A stretch of 47,069 bases of DNA from a virus (IMGVR_UViG_2778261418_000014:1-47069), one strand, 5' to 3'. Positions 10,525-20,208 are shown, counted from the stretch's first letter. Numbers and translations: made by a program. Notes: generated from the sequence alone by a model not told the origin.

Positions 10525-10904
10525 TGAGGCATATATCACCGGAAGAACTTATTGCGCTTCATGATGCGAATATAAGCCGCTACGGCGGCCTGCCTGGCAT
10601 GTCAGATCCGGGCAGGGCAGAGGCCATTATCGGGAGAGTTCAGGCCAGAGTTGCCTACGAAGAGATCACCGACCTTTTCGAAGTCTCCGCCACCTACCTG
10701 GTGGCTACAGCGAGAGGGCATATATTCAATGATGCCAATAAGCGTACCGCGCTAAACAGCGCGCTGCTATTTCTACGCCGTAACGGGGTGCAGGTATTTG
10801 ATTCACCTGAACTGGCAGACCTTACTGTAGGCGCTGCGACTGGCGAGATATCTGTATCTTCTGTCGCCGACACGTTACGTAGATTGTATGGTTCTGCGGA
10901 GTAG
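10524..10904 (+). CDS. doc: Doc toxin (Fic-fold kinase)
   Basis: 126 aa with the Fic motif [11 protein letters not shown]; translationally coupled to phd. Confidence 0.93.
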
Positions 10905-10908
10905 ATTA

Positions 10909-11088
10909 ATGGCACGCAAATACAACAAATTGTCCCGTGAAGCGTTAAAGATGCTTCTTGATGGCGTGAGTCGCCGCGAGGTAAAGCAATACCTGGTTGG
11001 TAAGCAAATTGGAGCCAGGGCTGCTATTGCTGTGTTATGCCGTCAGGAAATGGTTGTGCTTAAACAGAGAATGCCGGGCAGCAGATAA
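10909..11088 (+). CDS. Small hypothetical protein at the P1 pdcB position
   Basis: ATG at 10909 with GGAG upstream. Positional equivalence only. Confidence 0.4.
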   Translation: MARKYNKLSREALKMLLDGVSRREVKQYLVGKQIGARAAIAVLCRQEMVVLKQRMPGSR

Positions 11089-11115
11089 AGCCCAATCAGT
11101 GATGAAAGGTGTGAT

Positions 11116-12159
11116 GTGAAAGCCGTAATTACTCCCTTTGTACAAAAAGAGCTTGGCGTCGCCACATTCAAAGTGGATCAGGAAGTCAGAAAGCTGGTGG
11201 AGGCTGGCCGTAAATTTATTATGGAGCCGGTGCCGCGTGAGTTAATCGAGCACATGGAAGACGGCCTCGTTGTTACCGAGCAAACCATGGCAACAAATGA
11301 GGCGTTGCAGCCGTTTTTTAACAGCGATGAACTGTTTCGCCGTATTGGTGGAATTGACTCGCTGGTGGCGTGGTTGCGCAGGAAAGAGGGGCAATGCCAG
11401 GCCGCAGATCGTAGCTGGTGTGACAACCATATTGTCCACGCAGAACGAGACAATAGCGCGGTGTTGTTGTGCTGGCATCACGATAACCATTACCGGATGC
11501 GTGGTTTTAATGAGCTGAAAGAAACGCTGCACAATAATCGCGTTAACTGGATACTGGATGTCGCCCGTCAGGAAATGGGCCTTTCAAATAGCCATGATTT
11601 AAGTATTCAGGAGCTGTGCTGGTGGGCTTTCATGCGCAACATGATGCACCTGATGCCGGAAGAAGTCTGCCGCATATCAATAAATAAGATGAAGGCTACT
11701 CCGCAGGATAGCGGACCTCTGAAAGAGGCGGATATTCGCCCGTATGACGATCGCGCTACAGCATATGTTCAGATGATGGAAGAACGCGCCGCGCCGATGC
11801 GTGCAAAAGTATGCCCTGTGGATGTTGACTCCGACCCAGGTATGGCGCATTTCAAAATACCAAAACTTCAATCGCTAAAATTGCCCGAGTACATGGACTT
11901 TGTGGCTTCCCGTCCATGCTGTGGCTGTGGAGCTGCGGGAGCTGGCGCTCACATTACGCCTTATATCGTTCGTCATAGTCGATTATGCGCGCATGACATT
12001 TATGCTATTCCTCTGTGCCAGTCATGCCAGCGTGATATTGAGCGTGACCGCGATAATTGGGAGAAGACGCACGGTAGGCTGGCGATGCATCAACGATTGT
12101 TCTTTGATTACGCGCTTGGAGTCGGCGCTATCACAAGTCACTCGTCGAGCGTTAGATAA
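11116..12159 (+). CDS. Cys-rich hypothetical protein (347 aa) at the P1 pdcA position
   Basis: GTG start with AAAGG SD. Cys/His clusters ([13 protein letters not shown]; [40 protein letters not shown]) suggest a metal-binding, possibly HNH-like fold. Confidence 0.55.
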   Translation: MKAVITPFVQKELGVATFKVDQEVRKLVEAGRKFIMEPVPRELIEHMEDGLVVTEQTMATNEALQPFFNSDELFRRIGGIDSLVAWLRRKEGQCQAADRSWCDNHIVHAERDNSAVLLCWHHDNHYRMRGFNELKETLHNNRVNWILDVARQEMGLSNSHDLSIQELCWWAFMRNMMHLMPEEVCRISINKMKATPQDSGPLKEADIRPYDDRATAYVQMMEERAAPMRAKVCPVDVDSDPGMAHFKIPKLQSLKLPEYMDFVASRPCCGCGAAGAGAHITPYIVRHSRLCAHDIYAIPLCQSCQRDIERDRDNWEKTHGRLAMHQRLFFDYALGVGAITSHSSSVR

Positions 12160-12160
12160 A

Positions 12161-12177
12161 ATTGCTCTAATGTATTG
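12161..12177 (+). promoter_or_regulatory. C1 repressor operator upstream of lpa
   Basis: ATTGCTCTAATGTATTG versus the 17-bp consensus ATTGCTCTAATAAATTT. Confidence 0.65.
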
Positions 12178-12247
12178 CTATTTCTTTAATCGAGGGTATT
12201 ATATTCGACGTTGATTAGTTGACATGGGCTAATCAGTAGGTGACAGG

Positions 12248-12700
12248 ATGTTACTTAACTGGCAGGGACGCCACTTCATGGAAATAAATCACTCACGAAT
12301 AACATCGTACGAGATTGCGGATTACATGATCCGCACTAAATCTCTTCTATCAGCGAAAGAACTCGCAGCAATTCTTGAAAAGGAATACCCGCATCTGGAT
12401 GTCGATAAGCGCGATGTTTATCTGCGCTTAAAGGCTATCGCTGTGTCTAAGTATTCGTCTGTTTTGATTGATGACAGTACACGCCCACGTAGATTTCAGA
12501 TCCACTCTCTGAATCCTGAATTCTTTCGCCGCAGCCGCGCTCCGCGCCGGTTTGATGAAAAACTCCAGAACGAACTCTATATGACGCAGGACGAAAAGGA
12601 ACGCCGGGAGCACCAGCCTTGGGTGATGGCGCGTCAACTTTTCAATAAGGTGGTCCGTCAGCACCGTCATTACGGTAATGCCACATCCGCACGTATCTGA
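12248..12700 (+). CDS. lpa: Late promoter activator Lpa
   Basis: 150-aa ORF directly upstream of pacA and downstream of a C1 operator, as in P1. Alternative start at 12278. Confidence 0.65.
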   Translation: MLLNWQGRHFMEINHSRITSYEIADYMIRTKSLLSAKELAAILEKEYPHLDVDKRDVYLRLKAIAVSKYSSVLIDDSTRPRRFQIHSLNPEFFRRSRAPRRFDEKLQNELYMTQDEKERREHQPWVMARQLFNKVVRQHRHYGNATSARI

Positions 12701-12786
12701 TTGATTGCTTGCCCGTTCCGGGCCTTTTGACATGTGACTTTCGTTACCCTCGCGTCAAAAAGAGTTTTATACGAAAGGAAGCATAA

Positions 12787-13980
12787 GTGACCTGGGACGA
12801 TCACAAGAAGAATTTTGCTCGCCTGGCGCGAGATGGTGGTTACACCATCGCACAATATGCCGCCGAGTTTAATCTCAACCCAAACACCGCACGTCGTTAT
12901 CTCCGTGCATTCAAAGAAGACACCGGAACAGCGGACAGCCGTAAGCCAAATAAGCCTGTCAGAAAACCACTAAAAAGCATGATCATTGATCACGCTAATG
13001 ATCAACGTGCAGGTGATCACATTGTGGCTGAAATGGCTGAAAAACAAAGAGTTAATGCTGTTGTCAGTGCCGCAGTCGAGAACGCGAAGCGCCAGAATAA
13101 GCGCATAAATGATCGTTCTGATGATCATGACGTGATCACCCGCGCCCACCGGACCTTACGTGATCGCCTGGAACGCGACACCCTGGATGATGATGGTGAA
13201 CGCTTTGAATTCGAAGCTGGCGATTACCTGATAGATAACGTTGAAGCGCGGAAGGCCGCGCGCGCTATGTTGCGTCGGTCCGGGGCCGATGTTCTGGAAA
13301 CCACTCTTCTGGAAAAGTCTCTTTCTCATCTCCTTATGCTGGAGAACGCCAGGGATACGTGTATTCGTCTGGTGCAGGAAATGCGCGATCAGCAAAAAGA
13401 CGATGATGAAGGGACTCCGCCTGAATATCGTATCGCGAGCATGCTAAACAGCTGTTCCGCGCAGATAAGCAGCCTGATCAACACCATTTACAGCATCCGG
13501 AATAACTATCGAAAAGAAAGCCGGGAGGCGGAAAAGCACGCTTTATCTATGGGGCAAGCTGGCATTGTTAAGCTGGCATACGAACGAAAGCGTGAAAATA
13601 ACTGGTCAGTGCTGGAAGCAGCTGAATTCATCGAGGCGCATGGCGGAAAAGTGCCGCCCCTGATGCTGGAGCAAATCAAAGCCGATCTGCGTGCTCCTAA
13701 GACCAATACCGATGATGAGGAAAGGCAAACAGCCGTCGGTGGCCCTTCTCTTGAAGATCTGGACAAAGTTGCGCGAGAACGGGCCGCCAACCGCCGCGCC
13801 GATGCCGCATTGTGGATTGAGCAGCGTAGGGAAGAAATCGCCGATATCGTTGATACAGGCGGTTATGGAGATGTTGATACTGAAGGTGTATCAAACGACC
13901 CATGGCTGGAACAAGACCTGGACGAAGACGAGGAGGAAGATGAAGAAGTTACCCGCAAGCTATACGGGGATGATGATTAA
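12787..13980 (+). CDS. pacA: Terminase small/pac-recognition subunit PacA
   Basis: 397 aa, GTG start with GAAAGGAAG SD, contains the pac site, acidic C-terminus, overlaps pacB at TAATG. Confidence 0.85.
   Translation: MTWDDHKKNFARLARDGGYTIAQYAAEFNLNPNTARRYLRAFKEDTGTADSRKPNKPVRKPLKSMIIDHANDQRAGDHIVAEMAEKQRVNAVVSAAVENAKRQNKRINDRSDDHDVITRAHRTLRDRLERDTLDDDGERFEFEAGDYLIDNVEARKAARAMLRRSGADVLETTLLEKSLSHLLMLENARDTCIRLVQEMRDQQKDDDEGTPPEYRIASMLNSCSAQISSLINTIYSIRNNYRKESREAEKHALSMGQAGIVKLAYERKRENNWSVLEAAEFIEAHGGKVPPLMLEQIKADLRAPKTNTDDEERQTAVGGPSLEDLDKVARERAANRRADAALWIEQRREEIADIVDTGGYGDVDTEGVSNDPWLEQDLDEDEEEDEEVTRKLYGDDD
12980..13138. other. pac packaging site
   Basis: Four TGATCA hexamers (12980, 12987, 12999, 13014) and three TGATCG/A hexamers (13110, 13122, 13133) flank a roughly 90-bp core. 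This is the P1 pac architecture with Dam GATC sites. Confidence 0.85.
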
Positions 13981-15464
13981 TGGCCAGAAGTTGCGTAACG
14001 GATCCACGTTGGCGCGAGCTGGTGGCGCTATATCGTTATGACTGGATTGCTGCCGCTGATGTTTTGTTCGGCAAAACACCTACCTGGCAGCAGGATCTGA
14101 TTATTGAGTCTGTGCAGGAACAGGGTAGCAAGACATCTGTTTCGTCTGGTCACGGTACCGGGAAATCAGACATGACTTCTATCATGATCATGTTGTTCAT
14201 AATCATGTATCCCGGTGCCCGCGCCATTATCGTTGCGAACAAAATTCAGCAGGTAATGACCGGTATATTCAAGTACATCAAGATAAACTGGGCTACTGCC
14301 ACCAGCCGTTTTCCATGGCTTGCTGATTATTTTGTTCTGACAGAAACCGCTTTCTATGAGGTTACTGGTAAAGGTGTATGGACTGTAGTACCGAAGGGCT
14401 TTCGTCTGGGAAGTGAAGAAGCTCTCGCCGGTGAACACGCAGATCATCTTCTGTATATTATCGATGAAGCCTCCGGTGTCAGTGATAGAGCTTTCGGTAT
14501 CATCACCGGTGCTCTTACCGGACAGGATAACCGCATCTTATTACTGTCACAGCCTACACGCCCAAGCGGCTATTTCTACGATACTCACCATAAACTGGCC
14601 AAGCGTCCTGGTAACCCTGATGGCGTTTATACGGCGATCACGCTTAACAGTGAGGAATCACCGCTGGTAACTCCAGCATTTATCAAAATGAAGCTGGCGG
14701 AGTACGGCGGGCGTGATAACCCTATGTACATGATTAAGGTACGCGGACTATTCCCTAAATCACAGGATGGCTTCCTTCTTGGACGTGATGAGGTTGAACG
14801 TGCGACGCGGCGGAAAGTCAAGATTGCCAAAGGATGGGGCTGGCTTGCATGTGTGGACGTTGCTGGTGGTACAGGACGGGATAAGTCCGTTATCAATATC
14901 ATGATGGTGTCCGGCCAGCGAAATAAACGCCGTGTAATCAACTATCGAATGCTGGAATACACAGACGTTACAGAAACGCAGCTTGCCGCCAAAATTTTCG
15001 CAGAATGTAATCCTGAGCGATTCCCCAATATCACCATAGCGATAGACGGCGATGGCCTGGGTAAAGCAACGGCGGATCTGATGTACGAGTATTATGGTAT
15101 TACCGTACAGCGTATACGCTGGGGTAAAAAGATGCATAGCCGTGAAGATAAGAGCCTGTACTTTGATAAACGTGCTTATGCCAATGTTCAAGCCGCAGAG
15201 GCCGTAAAATCTGGTCGTATGAGACTGGATAAGGGTAATGAAACTATTGAGGAAGCGTCGAAAATCCCTGTAGGGATTAACTCCGCAGGTCAATGGAAGG
15301 TGATGAGTAAGGAGGATATGAAGAAAAAACTCAACCTGCACTCACCAGACCATTGGGATACATATTGTTTCGCTATGCTGGCGGATTATGTTCCCCAGGA
15401 TGAAGTGCTTAGCGTCGAAGACGAAGCGCAGGTTGATGAAGCTCTGGCATGGCTTAATGAATGA
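13980..15464 (+). CDS. pacB: Terminase large subunit PacB
   Basis: 494 aa; Walker A-like GHGTGKSD and a nuclease-like acidic region; follows pacA. Confidence 0.85.
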   Translation: MARSCVTDPRWRELVALYRYDWIAAADVLFGKTPTWQQDLIIESVQEQGSKTSVSSGHGTGKSDMTSIMIMLFIIMYPGARAIIVANKIQQVMTGIFKYIKINWATATSRFPWLADYFVLTETAFYEVTGKGVWTVVPKGFRLGSEEALAGEHADHLLYIIDEASGVSDRAFGIITGALTGQDNRILLLSQPTRPSGYFYDTHHKLAKRPGNPDGVYTAITLNSEESPLVTPAFIKMKLAEYGGRDNPMYMIKVRGLFPKSQDGFLLGRDEVERATRRKVKIAKGWGWLACVDVAGGTGRDKSVINIMMVSGQRNKRRVINYRMLEYTDVTETQLAAKIFAECNPERFPNITIAIDGDGLGKATADLMYEYYGITVQRIRWGKKMHSREDKSLYFDKRAYANVQAAEAVKSGRMRLDKGNETIEEASKIPVGINSAGQWKVMSKEDMKKKLNLHSPDHWDTYCFAMLADYVPQDEVLSVEDEAQVDEALAWLNE

Positions 15465-15467
15465 ACA

Positions 15468-15484
15468 TTTGCTCTAATGAATTG
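15468..15484 (+). promoter_or_regulatory. C1 operator-like site at the head of the icd/ant module
   Basis: TTTGCTCTAATGAATTG matches the consensus ATTGCTCTAATAAATTT at 14 of 17 positions. It overlaps the pacB stop. Confidence 0.5.
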
Positions 15485-15649
15485 TGTTTTTTAACTACCG
15501 ATGTTACATTGAACCTGACCTCTTGCGCCTTGAGGCATTTTCGGTTTATGCTTATCAGGCACCTCATTAAAACGGGTGCCGGGATTGGCCTCCCGCTTAA
15601 GTCTAAGGCGATACAGACGCCGCTCGCGTCTTTTTTTGTATCGGCGTAC

Positions 15650-15730
15650 ACGCACACCTCTACAATGGTGGGCTGTATGGGGCTACCTTCGGGTAGGCTG
15701 GTTACCTTGGACGCCAGTAAGGCCAACTCC
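15650..15730 (+). ncRNA. Candidate c4-like antisense RNA (boundaries approximate)
   Basis: A stable UUCG-loop hairpin (15681-15698) is followed by CCTTGGACG (15705-15713). That segment is complementary, with one G-U wobble, to GTCTAAGG at 15601-15608 and to CGTCTAAGG at 15783-15791, which overlaps the SD of the icd-like gene. This mirrors the P1 c4 b'/b1/b2 arrangement. Confidence 0.35.
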
Positions 15731-15802
15731 GTACAGTCCACCGCCAGCAAGATTGGTCTCTTCTGCGGTGGTTACATACCAACGTCTAAGGAGGCTGCCA
15801 AT

Positions 15803-16024
15803 ATGGCTACTATCCCTACCCCAACTCATCCTGAATTTATCTGGCGCTTTTACTCCTGCCAAAAACGTCACTATCACTTCGTTATTGCACCAACAGAAGA
15901 TGAGGCCCGCTCTCAGCTTCCTGACGCCCCATGTATTTTCTCTGCCCGTTTTTCCACTGATTCACGCAATTCTCTCAGTTACTGGTGCCTCCCTGTTAAC
16001 GCTTCTGCTCAGGAGGGACTATGA
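15803..16024 (+). CDS. icd: Icd-like cell-division inhibitor (73 aa)
   Basis: TAAGGAGG SD 8 nt upstream. FIWRFYSC...HFVIAPTEDEARSQLPDAPCIFSARF fits the Icd-like pattern as I recall it. The stop overlaps the ant start (ATGA). Confidence 0.55.
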   Translation: MATIPTPTHPEFIWRFYSCQKRHYHFVIAPTEDEARSQLPDAPCIFSARFSTDSRNSLSYWCLPVNASAQEGL

Positions 16025-17139
16025 GAACATCGTTAGTTACCCGTGAAGAGATGATCGAGGCAATTGAACAGCACACTGCCTGTATCAGTACCAGGGATAT
16101 ACCAGGCGTTATTGCCAACTACTTCATGATCACCAAACAACTTTACCGGAGAAAGGACAAGAACGCGGTTCACCGTATCCTGTTGTCTGATATCCGCGAA
16201 TACCTGCTCGAACAGGGTCATCTGAATTACGCAACCGTCGCAGCCGAAGCACGCAAGGAGGCACACAGAATGAAAGCAACTAACGTTAAATCAGAAAAAA
16301 TTCATGCACCTTCAGTTCAGGAATCGGAGCTGGTGGTTGTTCAGAATCAGTCTGATGAAATTCCCGTTCTGGAATGGCAGGGAGTGCGTGTAGTGACAAC
16401 CGAGACTCTTGCTAGAGGGTATGGGACAGAAACAATCCGTATTCGCCAAAATCATCATGAGAACAAAGTACGCTTTGTTGAAGGGAAGCACTTTTTCAAA
16501 GTTGAAGGAGAATCATTGCGCGAGTTGAAGCACAGAGTAGCTTTAAACTACTCTGTAAAAATTGCTCGCAATGTTCGCTCACTCACCCTCTGGACAGAAC
16601 GCGGCGCAGCCCGCCACGCTAAAATGCTCGAAACCGATCAGGCATGGGCATTCTTTGAAAAACTGGAAGACAGCTACTTCCGGCAAAAAGAACAGCAACC
16701 GGTTGCAATCCCCCAAACATTACCAGAAGCCCTACGCCTGGCTGCCGAACTGGCTGAACAAAAGCAGCTTCTGGAACAGAAAGCCCACCAGCTAAATCAG
16801 CAGCTGGTGGCCGCCGCTCCTAAGGTCGATTTTGCCGACCGGGTATCAGTAGCTAAAGGGATCCTGATTGGGAATTTTGCAAAGGTTGTTGGACTTAAGC
16901 AAAACGCGCTGTTTGTCTGGTTACGGGAGAACGGCATCCTGATAGCGTCCGGTGGACGTAAAAATGTGCCGTTCCAGCAGTACATCAACGCGGGGTATTT
17001 CACGGTGAAAGAAGTGGTGCTGGATGATGAAGATGGCTACCAGATACGGTTGACGCCTCAATTAACGGGTAAAGGCCAGCAGTGGTTGACGCGTAAACTG
17101 CTCGATGCTGGCTTGTTAAAACCGGTGGCGGCTGAATAA
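16021..17139 (+). CDS. ant: Antirepressor Ant1 (372 aa) with in-frame internal start for Ant2 at 16270 (289 aa)
   Basis: Two in-frame ATGs each have a strong SD (AGGAGGG before 16021; AAGGAGG before 16270), as described for P1 ant1/ant2. ORF6N/Bro-N-like and KilAC-like antirepressor regions are present (LEWQGVRVVTTETLARGYG; DFADRVSVAKGILIGNFAKVVGLKQNALFVWLRENG). Confidence 0.65.
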   Translation: MRTSLVTREEMIEAIEQHTACISTRDIPGVIANYFMITKQLYRRKDKNAVHRILLSDIREYLLEQGHLNYATVAAEARKEAHRMKATNVKSEKIHAPSVQESELVVVQNQSDEIPVLEWQGVRVVTTETLARGYGTETIRIRQNHHENKVRFVEGKHFFKVEGESLRELKHRVALNYSVKIARNVRSLTLWTERGAARHAKMLETDQAWAFFEKLEDSYFRQKEQQPVAIPQTLPEALRLAAELAEQKQLLEQKAHQLNQQLVAAAPKVDFADRVSVAKGILIGNFAKVVGLKQNALFVWLRENGILIASGGRKNVPFQQYINAGYFTVKEVVLDDEDGYQIRLTPQLTGKGQQWLTRKLLDAGLLKPVAAE

Positions 17140-17146
17140 TGGAAGA

Positions 17147-17168
17147 ATGCCCGGTTGATGCCGGGCAT
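17147..17168. terminator. Bidirectional terminator hairpin between convergent ant and c1
   Basis: atgcccgg-ttgatg-ccgggcat followed by aatttatt. Confidence 0.5.
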
Positions 17169-17171
17169 AAT

Positions 17172-18023
17172 TTATTGCGCGCTTTCGGGGTTGTCGTTTA
17201 CTGGCTGCCCCTTCTTGGTTTTACGGCTGCGCGTAACTGATGCGGCTGACTTAACCTTTTTCTCTTCGCGAGTGATGGCAATTTGTTTTTTTACATTTTC
17301 AATATCTGCCAGGCGATATATTTTTGCTTGCGGCCAGCGGTCGCAGATGATCGGTTCTATGGAGTCATAAAGGCTAAATTTTGCTTTTTCGAATTCACCG
17401 TTGATGATAATTCCATCACGGAGAGTTTCATCGCAGATAAACACGCCACACAGTGGCACATGGTAACTAACTGATTTACCATCATTGTAGTTAGGGCTAC
17501 TGGAAATGTAGTGGACGCGCAGCATTGTTTCGCTAAAGCCGTGTACGCGCATACGGAATTTTTCATCCTCCGGGTACTGCTTCATTAGCTCTTTTGTTGC
17601 TTCCAGGTTCTCTATGTATTTCGCACTGTGCTCATTGATCCCCGCGCTTTTTTGGATGCGAATGTCCTTATCAATCAGATGAATAATGCGGCCAGCGGTC
17701 ATGTTGACGCTGTTCACAGCCTCTGTCTGATAAGTTGTAACCTTACGCACACCGCGAAGGATGTTAGGCACTGGATATAAAATAGTCTTTGGGATATTGA
17801 GGTCTGGGTACTGTTCCAGTTCCCGCGCCATTAAAGTCCATTTATCAATTTCAGCCTGAATGCTGTCAGTTTCTTTGAACGGTAGAACGACAACCGGGCG
17901 TACAGGACGACCGTCGCTGGCTGTATCAACGTGTTGGGCGCGTGCAACAGCTTTTTTTAGAAAGAGATCCCTGAAGCTGACGAACTCCTGGTACAGTTGT
18001 TCGCCGTAGACATAATTTATCAT
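17172..18023 (-). CDS. c1: C1 master repressor
   Basis: 283 aa beginning MINYVYGEQLYQEFVSFRDLFLKK, recognised as P1 C1 from memory. Confidence 0.9.
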   Translation of the reverse strand: MINYVYGEQLYQEFVSFRDLFLKKAVARAQHVDTASDGRPVRPVVVLPFKETDSIQAEIDKWTLMARELEQYPDLNIPKTILYPVPNILRGVRKVTTYQTEAVNSVNMTAGRIIHLIDKDIRIQKSAGINEHSAKYIENLEATKELMKQYPEDEKFRMRVHGFSETMLRVHYISSSPNYNDGKSVSYHVPLCGVFICDETLRDGIIINGEFEKAKFSLYDSIEPIICDRWPQAKIYRLADIENVKKQIAITREEKKVKSAASVTRSRKTKKGQPVNDNPESAQ

Positions 18024-18133
18024 TGATCCTCCTCCAGAATTGACATGGTCAATAACGCCCGGCTGAGAAAACCGGTCATTACTGACCTATATTATAGAGG
18101 GATCAAACAAAAATAATAGATTTATTAGTGCAT

Positions 18134-18343
18134 TTATTGTGAGTCCAACTGGTTAGTTGCCATGAGATATTCGATTGTGTCAGTGAGGTCATCCAGGTCG
18201 TCTTGGGTGATGCGGTACTCCTGATTGGATATCTTTGAGTAGTGTTCAGCAATGGCGCGGGCAGCGTCGGTTTCGGCAGGGTCTACAGATAAAGCGTTAG
18301 AGCAATGTCTAACGTCGTCGATGGTTGGTTGAATGAAAGCCAT
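18134..18343 (-). CDS. coi: Coi, C1 inactivator
   Basis: 69-aa acidic protein directly upstream of c1 on the same strand. Confidence 0.8.
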   Translation of the reverse strand: MAFIQPTIDDVRHCSNALSVDPAETDAARAIAEHYSKISNQEYRITQDDLDDLTDTIEYLMATNQLDSQ

Positions 18344-18581
18344 AATTATGCCTCACTGTATTGACAACACAGAGCCTGAAGCTCTGACCTACTGTTTCAC
18401 CCATGATCCATGCTGGGGTAATCTAACAACATTGCGCTGTGTGTAAGATGAGCAATGCATAGCTGTAATGCCGTTGTATAAGGTTTCCCTGTTTGCTCAT
18501 TTCCTTCTGAGCCGCTCTACAACGCTGAAGACACATTAAATAGTGAATCCAAAGTCGTATTACGTAACGTCGGCAAAACTA

Positions 18582-18598
18582 TAATTTATTAGAGCAAT
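18582..18598 (-). promoter_or_regulatory. C1 operator (Op99-type) in the c1/coi leader
   Basis: The reverse complement matches the consensus at 16 of 17 positions. Confidence 0.7.
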
Positions 18599-18664
18599 TG
18601 TCAAACAACTATGAAAAACAATCCAGTTTTTAGCTGGTGGAGTGGGATTTTTCTCTCTAAATTT

Positions 18665-18681
18665 ATTGCTCTAATAATTAT
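18665..18681 (+). promoter_or_regulatory. C1 operator (Op99-type)
   Basis: ATTGCTCTAATAATTAT. Confidence 0.7.
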
Positions 18682-18724
18682 TGATTTTTGTGCACAGCTG
18701 GACGTAAACTCCTCTTCGGACCTG

Positions 18725-18758
18725 ATAACTTCGTATAGCATACATTATACGAAGTTAT
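18725..18758. other. loxP: loxP site
   Basis: ATAACTTCGTATA-GCATACAT-TATACGAAGTTAT is the canonical 13-8-13 loxP. Confidence 0.98.
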
Positions 18759-18829
18759 CTTAAGAGTTATTGAACATGATCAATTTACCTGTAAATCCAT
18801 ACAGTTCAATACCTTATCAGGTCAAATAG

Positions 18830-18851
18830 TGATCACTTGATCATTTGATCA
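18830..18851. promoter_or_regulatory. Cluster of three TGATCA (Dam GATC) sites in the cre leader
   Basis: TGATCA at 18830, 18838 and 18846 with 8-bp spacing. Confidence 0.5.
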
Positions 18852-18855
18852 AGGT

Positions 18856-18915
18856 TGCGCTACGTAAAATCTGTGAAATGTTGGCAGTGTTTGTGCTCCA
18901 GATTTCGCGTAGCGC
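18856..18915. promoter_or_regulatory. 18-bp imperfect inverted repeat in the cre leader
   Basis: tgcgctacgtaaaatctg (18856-18873) and cagatttcgcgtagcgca (18898-18915), separated by 24 bp. Confidence 0.4.
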
Positions 18916-18947
18916 ACTTAGCACCACCAATCAATCAGAGGTGAAAA

Positions 18948-19169
18948 ATGGGATATTCAGCTGCTAAAGTGTCCACTCATCTTGAGCTTGAGAAAAACCG
19001 TGGTTACTGGCGGGCAAAAGGGTTTGATCGTGATAGTTGTCAACTGTCATTATCGCGCGGTGAAGAGAAAATAGAACGCACGCGCGGTCGCTGGCGTTTC
19101 TATGACGAGAACCATAAACAGGTAAAGGCAGAGCCGATCCTGTACACTTTACTTAAAACCATTATCTGA
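18948..19169 (+). CDS. Small basic hypothetical protein (73 aa) between loxP and cre
   Basis: ATG with GAGGTGA SD 6 nt upstream. No recognisable motif. Confidence 0.35.
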   Translation: MGYSAAKVSTHLELEKNRGYWRAKGFDRDSCQLSLSRGEEKIERTRGRWRFYDENHKQVKAEPILYTLLKTII

Positions 19170-19176
19170 GTGTTAA

Positions 19177-20208
19177 ATGTCCAATTTACTGACCGTACAC
19201 CAAAATTTGCCTGCATTACCGGTCGATGCAACGAGTGATGAGGTTCGCAAGAACCTGATGGACATGTTCAGGGATCGCCAGGCGTTTTCTGAGCATACCT
19301 GGAAAATGCTTCTGTCCGTTTGCCGGTCGTGGGCGGCATGGTGCAAGTTGAATAACCGGAAATGGTTTCCCGCAGAACCTGAAGATGTTCGCGATTATCT
19401 TCTATATCTTCAGGCGCGCGGTCTGGCAGTAAAAACTATCCAGCAACATTTGGGCCAGCTAAATATGCTTCATCGTCGGTCCGGGCTGCCACGACCAAGT
19501 GACAGCAATGCTGTTTCACTGGTCATGCGACGGATCCGAAAAGAAAACGTTGATGCCGGTGAGCGTGCAAAACAGGCATTGGCGTTCGAACGCACTGATT
19601 TCGACCAGGTTCGTTCACTCATGGAAAATAGCGATCGCTGCCAGGATATACGTAATCTGGCATTTCTTGGGATTGCTTATAATACCCTGCTACGTATAGC
19701 AGAAATTGCCAGGATCAGGGTTAAAGATATCTCACGTACTGACGGTGGGAGAATGTTAATCCATATTGGCAGAACGAAAACGCTGGTTAGCGCCGCAGGT
19801 GTAGAGAAGGCACTTAGCCTGGGGGTAACTAAACTGGTCGAGCGATGGATTTCTGTCTCTGGTGTAGCTGATGATCCTAATAACTACCTGTTTTGCCGGG
19901 TCAGAAAAAATGGTGTTGCCGCGCCATCTGCCACCAGCCAGCTATCAACTCGCGCCCTGGAAGGGATTTTTGAAGCAACTCATCGATTGATTTACGGCGC
20001 TAAGGATGACTCTGGTCAGAGATACCTGGCCTGGTCTGGACACAGTGCCCGTGTCGGAGCCGCGCGAGATATGGCCCGCGCTGGAGTTTCAATACCGGAG
20101 ATCATGCAAGCTGGTGGCTGGACCAATGTAAATATTGTCATGAACTATATCCGTAACCTGGATAGTGAAACAGGGGCAATGGTGCGCCTGCTGGAAGATG
20201 GCGATTAG
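19177..20208 (+). CDS. cre: Cre site-specific tyrosine recombinase
   Basis: 343 aa beginning MSNLLTVHQNLPALPVDATSDEVRKNLMDMFRDRQAFSEHTWKMLLSVCRSWAAWCKLNNRKWFPAEPEDVRDYLLYLQARGLAVKTIQQHLGQLNMLHRRSGLPRPSDSNAVSLVMRRIRKENVDAGERAKQALAFERTDFDQVRSLMENSDRCQDIRNLAFLGIAYNTLLRIAEIARIRVKDISRTDGGRMLIHIGRTKTLVSTAGVEKALSLGVTKLVERWISVSGVADDPNNYLFCRVRKNGVAAPSATSQLSTRALEGIFEATHRLIYGAKDDSGQRYLAWSGHSARVGAARDMARAGVSIPEIMQAGGWTNVNIVMNYIRNLDSETGAMVRLLEDGD in P1. The ORF here is essentially identical to that as far as I can recall, and ends ...AWSGHSARVGAARDMARAGVSIPEIMQAGGWTNVNIVMNYIRNLDSETGAMVRLLEDGD. Confidence 0.97.
   Translation: MSNLLTVHQNLPALPVDATSDEVRKNLMDMFRDRQAFSEHTWKMLLSVCRSWAAWCKLNNRKWFPAEPEDVRDYLLYLQARGLAVKTIQQHLGQLNMLHRRSGLPRPSDSNAVSLVMRRIRKENVDAGERAKQALAFERTDFDQVRSLMENSDRCQDIRNLAFLGIAYNTLLRIAEIARIRVKDISRTDGGRMLIHIGRTKTLVSAAGVEKALSLGVTKLVERWISVSGVADDPNNYLFCRVRKNGVAAPSATSQLSTRALEGIFEATHRLIYGAKDDSGQRYLAWSGHSARVGAARDMARAGVSIPEIMQAGGWTNVNIVMNYIRNLDSETGAMVRLLEDGD

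Noticed and set aside
10126-10539. 137-aa minus-strand ORF overlapping the phd promoter and the phd gene
   Set aside because: Antisense to the well-supported phd/doc operon and its operator; no SD.
14760-15341. 193-aa minus-strand ORF inside pacB
   Set aside because: Antisense to the terminase gene; no start context or motifs.
15461-16024. 187-aa ORF spanning the candidate c4-like RNA region
   Set aside because: Only the last 73 codons (from ATG 15803 with TAAGGAGG SD) look like a gene. The upstream part coincides with structured RNA and antisense target repeats.
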